Below the pieces are notes generated by a model. That model was not told where the DNA came from and searched no databases. It saw only the letters and a list, made by a program, of their open reading frames with translations. The position numbers were made by a program, and so were the translations under genes. A DNA stretch of 64,000 bases from an uncultured Methanomassiliicoccales archaeon (GTDB taxonomy: Archaea; Thermoplasmatota; Thermoplasmata; Methanomassiliicoccales; UBA472), in assembly GCA_963695345.1 (NCBI GenBank), contig OY968769.1, positions 1,536,001 to 1,600,000 of the forward strand, written 5' to 3'. This document shows, one piece after another, positions 51,231-60,383 of this stretch; the stretch's first letter is position 1, and the number at the start of each line of letters is the position of its first letter.

Positions 51231-51233
51231 TTT

Positions 51234-51302
51234 TTAAATGACAGTCATCACTACGCTTACACGCAAAATCAAGACGCCAGTCTCGCACGTGATGCCTGAC
51301 AC
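51234..51302 (-). CDS. Putative BCAA-rich leader peptide of ilvB copy A (22 aa)
   Basis: GTG start, MSGITCETGVLILRVSVVMTVI*; TATA TTATATAT at 51333..51326. Confidence 0.75.
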   Translation of the reverse strand: MSGITCETGVLILRVSVVMTVI

Positions 51303-51401
51303 AGTTTATCATGATAGAAGGAAGCATATATAACATTTCTTGAAATGAAATTAAGGTTCCCTGGACGGTGCCGCGTCGGACGTCCAGGTAAGAACATCCA
51401 A

Positions 51402-53135
51402 TCATGATGGGAACACCCTCGGCGCCTCTATCTGACTGGGCGCTTGATATCCGCATTCCTTCGACCAGTTGCATCTGGTCCCTTTGATCGACATCGCTGC
51501 AGCCAACTCCTCCCGGCTGCATCGGCAGGACATCCTCCTCGGGATCTGTATGGATGTCGATGATGATCGGTACCTCGGAATCCAGTCCGCGGCGGAACGC
51601 CTCCGCCAGTTCCGAAGGCCTTTCCACCCGCAGTGCCGTCGGCACCATAGGCTTTTGCCAAGGCGACGAAGTCCGGGTTCAGGCCCATGTCGGTACCCGA
51701 ATATCGCTTGTCGTTAAGCAGCTTCTGCCACTGCTTGACCATGCCCAGCCATCCATTGTTCAGGAGGCAGATCATGACCGGCAGGTCCTCGTTCATGGCG
51801 GTCGCTAGCTCATGGAAGTTCATCTGCAGGCTGCCGTCACCGGCGATGTTGACGACCTGTTCTTCGCGGAATGCGTACTTGACCCCTAGGGACGCGGGCA
51901 GGCCGAAGCCCATCGTCCCGAATCCGCCGGAGCTGATGAAGTGGTGCGGATGCTTGATCTTGAGGAAATGGGCCGCCCACATCTGGTTCTGGCCGACCTC
52001 GGTGGCGACATAGGCCTTTTCATCCAGTGCCCGGGCCAGTTCGAACATGACCTTCTGCGGCCGGATCGGTGTCTCGCCCATGTCCAGGTCGCATTCGCAC
52101 TGTTCGCGCATCTGCTTCATGCGGAGGGACCAGGCGCTCTCTCCCTTGGCCCGGCCCAGTCCCTTGATGATCTGCTGCAGTCCCTTCTTCGCGTCGCCGA
52201 CCAGCCGGACCTTGGTGCGGACGTTCTTGCCCGCCTCCATCGGGTCCACGTCCAGGTGGATGATCTTGACCGTTTCCGGAAGGTCGGAGGACAGGCCGGA
52301 CGAGCGGTCTGAGAACCTGGCACCGATCGCGAACATGACGTCGCACTCCAGGAACGCCCTCCTGGCGATCTCCCGTCCATGCATCCCGATCATGCCCATG
52401 CACAGCGGGTGCATCTCCGGGATGATGCCCTTGCCCATCATGGTGGTGGCCACCGGCGCCATCAGCATCTCCGCCAGCTTGGCCACCTCCGGCCCGGCGT
52501 TCGCCCACATGGCCCCTCCGCCGACCAGCAGCATCGGCCGTTCCGCCGCCTTGAGCAGTTTGACCGCCTCAAGGACCCCGAACAGGTCCTCGAACGGCTC
52601 TGGAACGGAGAACTCCTCATCCAGGGCCGATTCGGTCAACGTTCTCCCTCATGACGTCCGATGGGATGTCGATGTGGACCGGTCCCATCCTGCCGTTCAT
52701 GGCGATGCTGAAGCCGCGTTTGATCGCCTCCGGTATCTGAGCCGCGTCCAGAACTCGGAAGTTGTGCTTGCTGATCGGCATCATCAGCGAGAAGACGTCC
52801 GCCTCCTGGAACGCGTTGTTGCCGATCATGCCGGTGGGCACCTGGCCGGTGAGCACGATCATCGGGGATGAATCGGCATAGGCGGTCGCCACCCCGGTGA
52901 CCAGGTTGGTGGCTCCCGGACCTGACGTGGCCATGCAGACGCCCGGCCTGCCGGTCGCCCGGGCATAGCCGTCGGCCATGTGAGCGGCGCCCTGCTCGTG
53001 GCGTACCAGGACATGGTGTATGCTAGAATCGATCAGGTCATCATAGATCGGGATGGTCTGGGCGCCCGGATATCCGAACATCACGTCCACCCCTTGCTTT
53101 TCCAGCAACGTCAACACCGCTTTGGAGCCTTTCAT
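51402..53135 (-). pseudogene. ilvB: Acetolactate synthase large subunit, copy B; three +1 frameshifts (~52640, ~51637, ~51490)
   Basis: Fragments align to copy A through ...IEAPRVFPS* ending at 51402. Confidence 0.8.
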
Positions 53136-53170
53136 GGACTAACCCTCATTTTCCTGAAATGGTTGGAACA

Positions 53171-53188
53171 TCCTTTTCGAGAAAAGGA
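53171..53188 (-). promoter_or_regulatory. U-tract hairpin after leader peptide B (candidate attenuator)
   Basis: mRNA UCCUUUU-CUCG-AAAAGGA, same position as in copy A. Confidence 0.55.
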
Positions 53189-53195
53189 GCCTTTC

Positions 53196-53264
53196 TCACA
53201 ATACGAGCAACACTACGTCTACACGCAAAAGCAGGACGGCGTATCGGCATGTGGTGCTCGACAC
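53196..53264 (-). CDS. Putative BCAA-rich leader peptide of ilvB copy B (22 aa)
   Basis: GTG start, MSSTTCRYAVLLLRVDVVLLVL*; TATA TTAATATA at 53295..53288. Confidence 0.75.
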   Translation of the reverse strand: MSSTTCRYAVLLLRVDVVLLVL

Positions 53265-53344
53265 AAAAAGTGACAGGTCTTGGAGCATATATTAACGTTT
53301 CTTGATATTCTCCAAGGGCAGGCCGCCATCCGAAAAACTGTCAA

Positions 53345-53995
53345 ATGATTCATTGCATCCCGTCAGAAAAGAACGGCTTTAATACTCCGAAAAGCCTGCC
53401 ATCAGCGTTGTCGCAGTCTGGTCCTTCCGATGAGATCATCCTTGCGGACCATGACCCGGAATGGTCAAGGTCGTTCGAGGCCGAGGCAAGATTGATAGGG
53501 CGGGCATTGGCCGACCTGAATCCGACGATCATCCATATCGGCAGTACGGCGATTCCCGGGCTTTGCGCCAAACCGATCATTGACATCCTGGTGGGTGTGG
53601 GCGACATGAACGACCGCTCGGTCGTCCCGGGACTGGAGAAGATCGGTTATGCATTCCAACCGGAGGCGGGCGAATCGGACAGGCTCTTCTTCCGAAAGGG
53701 CGTCATACGAACCCACCACGTCCATGTGGTCAGGTTTCGCGGTTGGGCCTTCTGGAGACACGTATTTTTCCGGGACTACCTCGTGGCCCACCCGGCTCTA
53801 TGCTCGCAGTACAGCGATCTGAAACGCAGGAGCGCGGAGCAGTATCGATTCGACCGCGCAGGCTACACCGATTCCAAGTCTGGATTCATCGGGGAGGTGT
53901 TGAGGGCTGCGACACTCAGAGCATTTATTACTGTCACTGAGCAATATGCCCCGGGAGGGGGCTCCCCTCAATTGTGTGAATCCGATGTCCTTTGA
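53345..53995 (+). CDS. GrpB family protein
   Basis: W...F..EA, HIGSTAIPGL.AKPIIDI, FRDYL, Y..LK, YT..KS. Confidence 0.88.
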   Translation: MIHCIPSEKNGFNTPKSLPSALSQSGPSDEIILADHDPEWSRSFEAEARLIGRALADLNPTIIHIGSTAIPGLCAKPIIDILVGVGDMNDRSVVPGLEKIGYAFQPEAGESDRLFFRKGVIRTHHVHVVRFRGWAFWRHVFFRDYLVAHPALCSQYSDLKRRSAEQYRFDRAGYTDSKSGFIGEVLRAATLRAFITVTEQYAPGGGSPQLCESDVL

Positions 53996-55259
53996 CGTTA
54001 AGGGTATCTTTGATGCGGCGTCCAAGAGCACGATGCTCAATGACCCACACGTCCTCAGGATGTGGGAGCTGATGAACGACAGGTCATTGTTCTCGATGGC
54101 TCCCGAGAAGTTGGAAAGAATGCGTCTGGCCTGCATCCGGTCCTCCCTCGAGTTCTTCCAGAGAAGAAGCCCTCTGTATTCGAGGATGATGCATGAGGTC
54201 GGTGTTGACCCGAACAATGCGGACCTCAAGGATCTCGCCAGATTGGCGGTTCCCTCGGATGTGCTAAGAGGAAACGGACACCAGGAATTGCTGATCGAGG
54301 GGTATGAGACCGGCGGCCATGTATTGAGTTCGAGCGGGACTTCCCAAAGGGACCCCGTTCGGGTGTACCGCAGCCCCCTGGACCTGGCCATGATGGTCCT
54401 GGGAAACACCGCCGTGCTGGAGTATGTCTATGGCGGTCAGATCGAGCGGGATCAGGGTGTCAGCCTTTTCATGGGCCCGGAGCAGCTCAGCGGGAAACTG
54501 ACTTATGTCATCTTCGTGGAGACGGCCTTGGCCAGAAAGGGGATGGCCATCGTGTGGGGCATGGACATGAACGATGTAACCTCCGGTACCGCCTGGAGCA
54601 GGATGGTCCCGAACCGGGCCAGGATGGCTCGTTTCTTCAAGAGCAGGCTTTCCCCGAAAGGGTTCTTCACCGCACCGATAGGGCTCCATATCATGAACCA
54701 GAGATTCGGTTCTCTGGGCAGTGCGGAGTTGCTCTTCAGCAAGATGCGGTTCGGAGCGCCGCCCATCGATCTGGGGAGGGGAGGGTTCGTCATGACCGGG
54801 GGCGGGATGAAAGATTCCACCGACCTGCCAGAGCTAGACGAGATCATCAGATCGGCCAAACACCTCTTCATCTCCCAGGACGCAGGCGGGAATGCCGTCG
54901 AGACGCCATTCATCGATGGTCTCGGAATGACCGAGGCCGCCACATCCATGATGGACCGGCACGGCATGATGGACAAAGTGCCCCATCCGCTCTCCCAGGT
55001 CTTCCTGATGGATCCCCGGACATTCGAGGTGATCGAAGAGGATGGGAAGGAGGGTCTGTTGGGCATATTCAACCCCTTCATAACCTCGTGGATGGAATGC
55101 ATCTATCCCGGCGACATACTCCGCGCTCATCGGTCAGAAAGATACTACGGGAGGGAATTCGTGTTCGTTCGCCGGGTGCGCGCCTTCGACGCTGCCGGTT
55201 CGACCCGGGCCTGTGGCGGGGAACTGGAGGAGCATATCGAGCGTAACGAGATGGTCTGA
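53985..55259 (+). CDS. LuxE-like acyl-protein synthetase (ANL superfamily)
   Basis: SSSGTS, TGGG.K, GMTE, GD, C-terminal RAC; adjacent to a LuxC-like gene. Confidence 0.7.
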   Translation: MSFDVKGIFDAASKSTMLNDPHVLRMWELMNDRSLFSMAPEKLERMRLACIRSSLEFFQRRSPLYSRMMHEVGVDPNNADLKDLARLAVPSDVLRGNGHQELLIEGYETGGHVLSSSGTSQRDPVRVYRSPLDLAMMVLGNTAVLEYVYGGQIERDQGVSLFMGPEQLSGKLTYVIFVETALARKGMAIVWGMDMNDVTSGTAWSRMVPNRARMARFFKSRLSPKGFFTAPIGLHIMNQRFGSLGSAELLFSKMRFGAPPIDLGRGGFVMTGGGMKDSTDLPELDEIIRSAKHLFISQDAGGNAVETPFIDGLGMTEAATSMMDRHGMMDKVPHPLSQVFLMDPRTFEVIEEDGKEGLLGIFNPFITSWMECIYPGDILRAHRSERYYGREFVFVRRVRAFDAAGSTRACGGELEEHIERNEMV

Positions 55260-55430
55260 GGCCATTCTAGACATGTCTCTGCTATCCGTTCCTTCCGATA
55301 TTCTTATCCATCAAGACACAAATCACGCGTCGGAACGATTCCCGAAACAAAAGAGCATCTTGGGAACAGGGGCCATTTGAACGGACATCGGTTCGCTGGT
55401 TCTTCTGGAACGTCCAATCGAGGTATTCAC

Positions 55431-56909
55431 ATGGCAATAGAACCATACTCGGGCCAAGAACTGGAAACAAGCACGGAGGCTCCCGGCGGCGTCACGGTCA
55501 AAGTGATCAGCCGAATCGGTATGGACCGCTTTCTGGGATCTTCCCGATATATCCAGGAAAAGCTCACCTCCATACCGATCATGGAACGCATCCATGTCGT
55601 AGGCTTGTTGGGGGAGCGGCTGATGGATCGGATGGACCGGGGTGAGTTCCAAGATCTTATCGTCGACCTTTCCGCTTCCACTGGCTATTCAGAAAGGCTG
55701 CTCGAGGGTGAGCTCGGCTTCGTTCCCTCATTCTTGTCCCCAGAAAACCTGTTGAACAGCTTCAAGAGTTCTCTGATCGGGGCGCCATCGAGCCTGGACG
55801 GTTTCACTAATGTTAACAATAACGAATCGATCTGGCATTTGCCGGCCGGGCCGTCCGTGATCATCAGCTCAGGAAATTCGATCATCCCGACCATGGTGCC
55901 GACGGTGATTTCTCTAGTATCCGGGAACGCCACTTTTCTGAAACCTTCGCTATCCAACTGTAGTGGGGTCGTGGAGATATTCCGTACTCTTGATCGATTG
56001 CCGTTCAGCATCGCCCGGGACGCACTGAGAGAAGCATTGGCCATAAGTTACTATTCGCATGACAGCCCGATGCTGAAGCACGTGTTGGGCCAGGCAAAAG
56101 TGGGAGTGATCAACTTCTGGGGAGGCGGGATGGCCAGGTCATCGATCAAGAAACTGGTGACGGAGAATCCCAACCATCCGCGCTTCTTCGTCAATGGGCC
56201 GATGACCGGGGCCGTCGTGATTGATGCCGAATCCGCCTCGCCCCAAAACGCTGAGGGCCTGGCCTTGAACATCGCCCTGTACGACCAGCAATTGTGTTCT
56301 TCGCCTACGATGGTTATGTTCATCGGTCCAAATGATCAGGCATACGAATTCGCCAAGAAGGTCGCGGCCGGTCTGGAGGATATCGGGTCCACCATGCCGA
56401 TGAAAGAGAACACTATTGATGACTATTCTCTGCATGGTGCATGCAGATATGTTCAGATCAAAGGGTCCAAGGTGCTCAGTTCCGCCGACCGATCGAATCC
56501 CTGGACCATAGTCGTTTCCGATAAGGTAAGTGTCCTGGACGATATGGTCATGAGATTCCCATCCATGGTTTTCCATGGAAGGAAGAGATTCATCGAGATC
56601 GTGGCGGTCGATTCACCCGAAATATGCATAGACCTGCTCGGTTCATTGCCTGCCACAAAGGCGTTCGAGGGCATAGACAAGGTTCAGACGGTAGGCGTCG
56701 CACTGGCCGAAGGGAGATTGGAACATACGATACGCAGGTTGGCTTTGAAGGGCGTCTACCGGTGCATCCCGTTGAGGGGAATGGCCATAAGGTCCGCCGT
56801 CGAACCCTATGACGGCACCGGATTGCCCGCTCTATTCACTTACACCTCGTACTTGAGGAAAAAGGACATTTTTCCCAATGGTCAGGTCAATGAAATCCTT
56901 CAGGTGTGA
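55431..56909 (+). CDS. LuxC-like acyl-CoA reductase
   Basis: SSGN, GNA..LKPS, WGG, GP, YDQQLCSSP (catalytic Cys), PYDG. Confidence 0.8.
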   Translation: MAIEPYSGQELETSTEAPGGVTVKVISRIGMDRFLGSSRYIQEKLTSIPIMERIHVVGLLGERLMDRMDRGEFQDLIVDLSASTGYSERLLEGELGFVPSFLSPENLLNSFKSSLIGAPSSLDGFTNVNNNESIWHLPAGPSVIISSGNSIIPTMVPTVISLVSGNATFLKPSLSNCSGVVEIFRTLDRLPFSIARDALREALAISYYSHDSPMLKHVLGQAKVGVINFWGGGMARSSIKKLVTENPNHPRFFVNGPMTGAVVIDAESASPQNAEGLALNIALYDQQLCSSPTMVMFIGPNDQAYEFAKKVAAGLEDIGSTMPMKENTIDDYSLHGACRYVQIKGSKVLSSADRSNPWTIVVSDKVSVLDDMVMRFPSMVFHGRKRFIEIVAVDSPEICIDLLGSLPATKAFEGIDKVQTVGVALAEGRLEHTIRRLALKGVYRCIPLRGMAIRSAVEPYDGTGLPALFTYTSYLRKKDIFPNGQVNEILQV

Positions 56910-57039
56910 GGTCGATCGGTGGTCGGATAATTCTTCATTGACCCAATCTAAACAGATACCTCCGATGAAATTCTCTTCCAGCATTAAGGAATATGAATTC
57001 GGTCCCAATACTCGATATATTTATGTCTGAATTCGACGA

Positions 57040-57339
57040 ATGCTGGTTTCGGCACCGGAACAAGGTGTTTGGGGGAATGAATTGGCACAAGATATGGCTT
57101 TTAGGATTCAGGTAATGGATACGATAGCAGCCCTTATGACCGCGGCATTCGGATTGATCGCTGCACTGGCATGGAATGAAGCTATCAAATGGGCCGTGGA
57201 CCAAGTATTCACGAGCAGTCCCGGTGTTGGACTATTCATCTATGCGATACTGGTCACCATCCTGGCGGTTGTGGCTGTCCTGTTGATCGGAAGGTCGATA
57301 GCAAAGCTAAAAGGAAAGGTCGCCCCAGAAAAGAAGTGA
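57040..57339 (+). CDS. DUF5654 family small membrane protein
   Basis: LMTAAFGLIAALAWNEAIK...YAI.VT; the real start is probably 57082 or 57094. Confidence 0.75.
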   Translation: MLVSAPEQGVWGNELAQDMAFRIQVMDTIAALMTAAFGLIAALAWNEAIKWAVDQVFTSSPGVGLFIYAILVTILAVVAVLLIGRSIAKLKGKVAPEKK

Positions 57340-57533
57340 CCTATCAAATCAAATCCTTTCCTCTTTTTCTCATCTTTTGATTGAACCAGCGACCTTCTCA
57401 AGAATTCTATCTTTCTTCACCTCATTAAGTCCGAACTCCAATCAATGGTCATGAACTCAATCTCGTTCTCCCGGGACGCGCGATATACAAGGCAGATTTC
57501 CCTCCTTCCTACCGCAAACCAAAAATCCCTCCT

Positions 57534-57863
57534 ATGCTTGAGCTGTGGTGGTGTCAAATGATTTACCTTTCAATAATTAGCCTGATCATAGGCGGGGTCC
57601 TGATCCTCATCGGAGCGGCCACTCGCAAAGGCTCGGAGATATTGATCAAGTTCAACCAGGAGAAGATCGCTGACCTGGAAATGGCCCATCGCTACATAGG
57701 CAACAACATCATGGTCCTGGGGTTCATCGGCGTGATAGCCGGAGGTGCCACCTTGGCGAACGGGGAGGACAATTTCCTGGTCTTCCTGGCCTACTTGGGT
57801 TTCATAGCCCTGTTCATTCCATTGCTCAAGGTTGGTCTGAAGTACTTCGAGACGAAGATTTGA
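57534..57863 (+). CDS. Small membrane protein (DUF3784-like)
   Basis: Three hydrophobic segments. Confidence 0.55.
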   Translation: MLELWWCQMIYLSIISLIIGGVLILIGAATRKGSEILIKFNQEKIADLEMAHRYIGNNIMVLGFIGVIAGGATLANGEDNFLVFLAYLGFIALFIPLLKVGLKYFETKI

Positions 57864-57910
57864 GTGTCACCGCAAGGGTGATAAAAGATGACTGGGATGC
57901 AGGGACGTAG

Positions 57911-58936
57911 GTGGATCGAGTGAAAGTCAAGGTCGGTGTCAATGGATATGGTACGATCGGCAAGCGGGTAGCCTGGGCAGTCTCCAAGCAGGATGACATG
58001 GAGATCGTGGGGGTCACGAAGACCCGGCCCAGCTTTGAGGCTGATATAGCCGTCAGGGAAGGCCATCCGCTCTATGCCGCCTGCCAGGACGATGTTGCTA
58101 ACTTTGAGAAGGAAGGATACAAGGTCAACGGGACACTTGACGACCTCATGGGGAAGGTGGACATCATGGTCGACACCACTCCCGGCGGGATCGCCGAGAA
58201 CTACAAGAAGAAATACGAGGCGGCCGGGATCAAGGCGATCTTCCAGGGAGGGGAGGAGCATGGTCTGGCGGGCATCTCCTTCAATGCGTTGGCCAACTAT
58301 CACGAGGCATGGGGGGCCAAGTTCGCCCGGGTGGTTTCCTGCAACACCACCGGGCTGGTGCGCACCCTGTTCCCATTGGACCGCGCGTTCGGTGTTGACC
58401 GGGTGACCGCCTCGCTGATACGCAGAGGGGCGGACCCCGCGGACAAGAAAGGGGCCATGCTCAATTCCATCGAGCCATCGCTCAAGTTGCCGACACATCA
58501 CGGGCCGGATGTCCAGACGATCATGCCATGGATCAAGATCACCACCATGGCGGTGGTCACGCCCACGACCCTGATGCATGTTCACTGCATCGCAGCGGAG
58601 CTGAAGAAGAAGGTTAAGGAATCCGATGTCATCGATATCTGGAACTCCGCCCCCAGAGTCAAGCTGGTCTCCGGCAAGGACGGCATCAGATCCACCGGAC
58701 AGATAATGGAACTGGCGAAGGACCTGGGGCGCCCCCGCAGCGATTTCAACGAGATCATTGTCTGGAAGGACGGTATCAAGGTAGTGGAGAACACCCTTTA
58801 CTACTACCAGGCGGTCCATCAGGAAAGCGATGTCGTTCCGGAGAATGTCGACTGTATCCGTGCCATGATGAAACTTGAGAACGATCCCATGCGTTCCATC
58901 CACATGACGGATAAGGCGATCGGAATCGGTAAGTAA
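57911..58936 (+). CDS. gap: Archaeal type II glyceraldehyde-3-phosphate dehydrogenase
   Basis: NGYGTIGKRVA, FQGGE, VVSCNTTGL, HHGPDV, HQES.V.PEN.D. Confidence 0.96.
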   Translation: MDRVKVKVGVNGYGTIGKRVAWAVSKQDDMEIVGVTKTRPSFEADIAVREGHPLYAACQDDVANFEKEGYKVNGTLDDLMGKVDIMVDTTPGGIAENYKKKYEAAGIKAIFQGGEEHGLAGISFNALANYHEAWGAKFARVVSCNTTGLVRTLFPLDRAFGVDRVTASLIRRGADPADKKGAMLNSIEPSLKLPTHHGPDVQTIMPWIKITTMAVVTPTTLMHVHCIAAELKKKVKESDVIDIWNSAPRVKLVSGKDGIRSTGQIMELAKDLGRPRSDFNEIIVWKDGIKVVENTLYYYQAVHQESDVVPENVDCIRAMMKLENDPMRSIHMTDKAIGIGK

Positions 58937-58939
58937 ACT

Positions 58940-59986
58940 CTAAGGCCGTACAGGCCGGCGATATTTGCCGGCCGGTATCGTGATCTCGAAACGCGCGCCT
59001 TTGCCCGGGACGCCGTTCTCCACGATGGACAGACCGGTGATCCCGAGAACCTCAACGGTCATGTAAAGGCCGTATCCGGTGTTCTTTCCATAGCCGCGTT
59101 TGAAGATGAGCTCCTTCTCCTCCGCGTTGACTCCTTTACCGTCATCTTGGAAGATAAGCTTGGTATCCCGATCCAGCAGATGACTGCTGACGACCACCTT
59201 CTTCACCCGCTCACCATGCCGCAGCGAGTTCTCCAGCAGGTTATAGAACACCCTTTCGATCATCGGATCGGCATAGGCCTCTAGATCCTTGACCTCGATC
59301 TCTATGTCCACGTCGCTCCTGGAGAGCGAACCTAACGTCCCCCGGATGGTCTGCTCGACATTGATCCAGTCGGGTCGTTTTGACCCGATCTCCTGATAGA
59401 GCTTGGTGAATTCCATCTGTTTCTTGACCGTCTCGCTCGCCGCCCTGGCCTTCTGGATGTACCGGAGGATCTTCTCGTCATCGGTCTTGGTCTGGGCAAG
59501 TTCGAGATACCCAAACAGTCCGGTCAGTGAATTCAGGACGTCATGCCTGGTGGCCGAGCCTAGGATATTAAGCTTCTTGTTCGCCAGCTCCAGGGCCGAT
59601 TCTGATTCCTGGTGATCGGTGATGTCCGAGGCATGCACCACTAGCCTTTTTTGGCCTAGGGAGTCGACGACCAGGCTACCATGGCATTCTAGCCACCTCC
59701 AGCTGCCGTCCGAACGAACTACCCGGAGGATAGATGTCTTGGCTTTCCCACCGGCCAACACTATTGCCGTCGCATCCATAAGGATAGGAGAATCATCAGC
59801 GTGGATGAATTCCTGGATCTTCTTTCCGGTCAATGAATCAGGATCATATCCGAGCAGCGTTCTAAGTGTGGAATTAGCGAACAGGATGGTCATATCTGAG
59901 TCGACAATGATGATGATTCCTGGGGTGGTGTCCACTAGCGCCGAAAAATAGTGGTCATCCTTGCAGAAATCATTCTTCGAGGCCAA
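58940..59986 (-). CDS. PAS-domain sensor histidine kinase
   Basis: PAS (IH.DD, DGSWRW.E), TRHDV, NLLENS..HG, DDGKG, GKNTGYGL. Confidence 0.88.
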   Translation of the reverse strand: MASKNDFCKDDHYFSALVDTTPGIIIIVDSDMTILFANSTLRTLLGYDPDSLTGKKIQEFIHADDSPILMDATAIVLAGGKAKTSILRVVRSDGSWRWLECHGSLVVDSLGQKRLVVHASDITDHQESESALELANKKLNILGSATRHDVLNSLTGLFGYLELAQTKTDDEKILRYIQKARAASETVKKQMEFTKLYQEIGSKRPDWINVEQTIRGTLGSLSRSDVDIEIEVKDLEAYADPMIERVFYNLLENSLRHGERVKKVVVSSHLLDRDTKLIFQDDGKGVNAEEKELIFKRGYGKNTGYGLYMTVEVLGITGLSIVENGVPGKGARFEITIPAGKYRRPVRP

Positions 59987-60383
59987 GGTGGTGTTCCCCC
60001 TATTGGATAATTGATGTTTTTCCTTATTAATACAATTCGAATTGATTTACGTCTTTGAAATTATGGCGATGCCAGGCGTTTTCCCGAAAACGGTTTTTTT
60101 GATTCTTGGGACAGATTATTTTCAGTCGTTAACCAAAATCCTTCGATCGACATCAATATTCCATGACGGGCTAGTCCCTTCCGGTCCTGAGGACAATGTA
60201 ATGATACTAGCCGTTCCAAATCGACAGCTCGGGCTTTCAAATCCAAGGAATCGAAGAAAATGGTTGGGTACATCGGAGATATACCATCTCGAAAGAATAA
60301 TCTAGGTCAAGGTGATTGCTTCTCAAAGAATCGGCGTGGGGGTTGGCCACGTGTGCGCCCAACTCCTGTTCGGGGTATTTCCG

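Noticed and set aside
51169-51648. 159-aa ORF bridging the two ilvB copies
   Set aside because: It is a chimera of a frameshifted ilvB-B segment and out-of-frame intergenic/leader sequence.
57791-58903. Long antisense or alternate-frame ORFs (also 40759..41838, 48630..49526, 48163..49266)
   Set aside because: These are shadows of well-conserved genes, expected in GC-rich coding DNA.
60040-60310. ORF 60042..60305 and an ACGGGCTAGT...ACTAGCCGT stem upstream of pgk (fluoride riboswitch considered at GGCGATG)
   Set aside because: The ORF has no family features, the riboswitch consensus is incomplete and there is no fluoride-related gene downstream.
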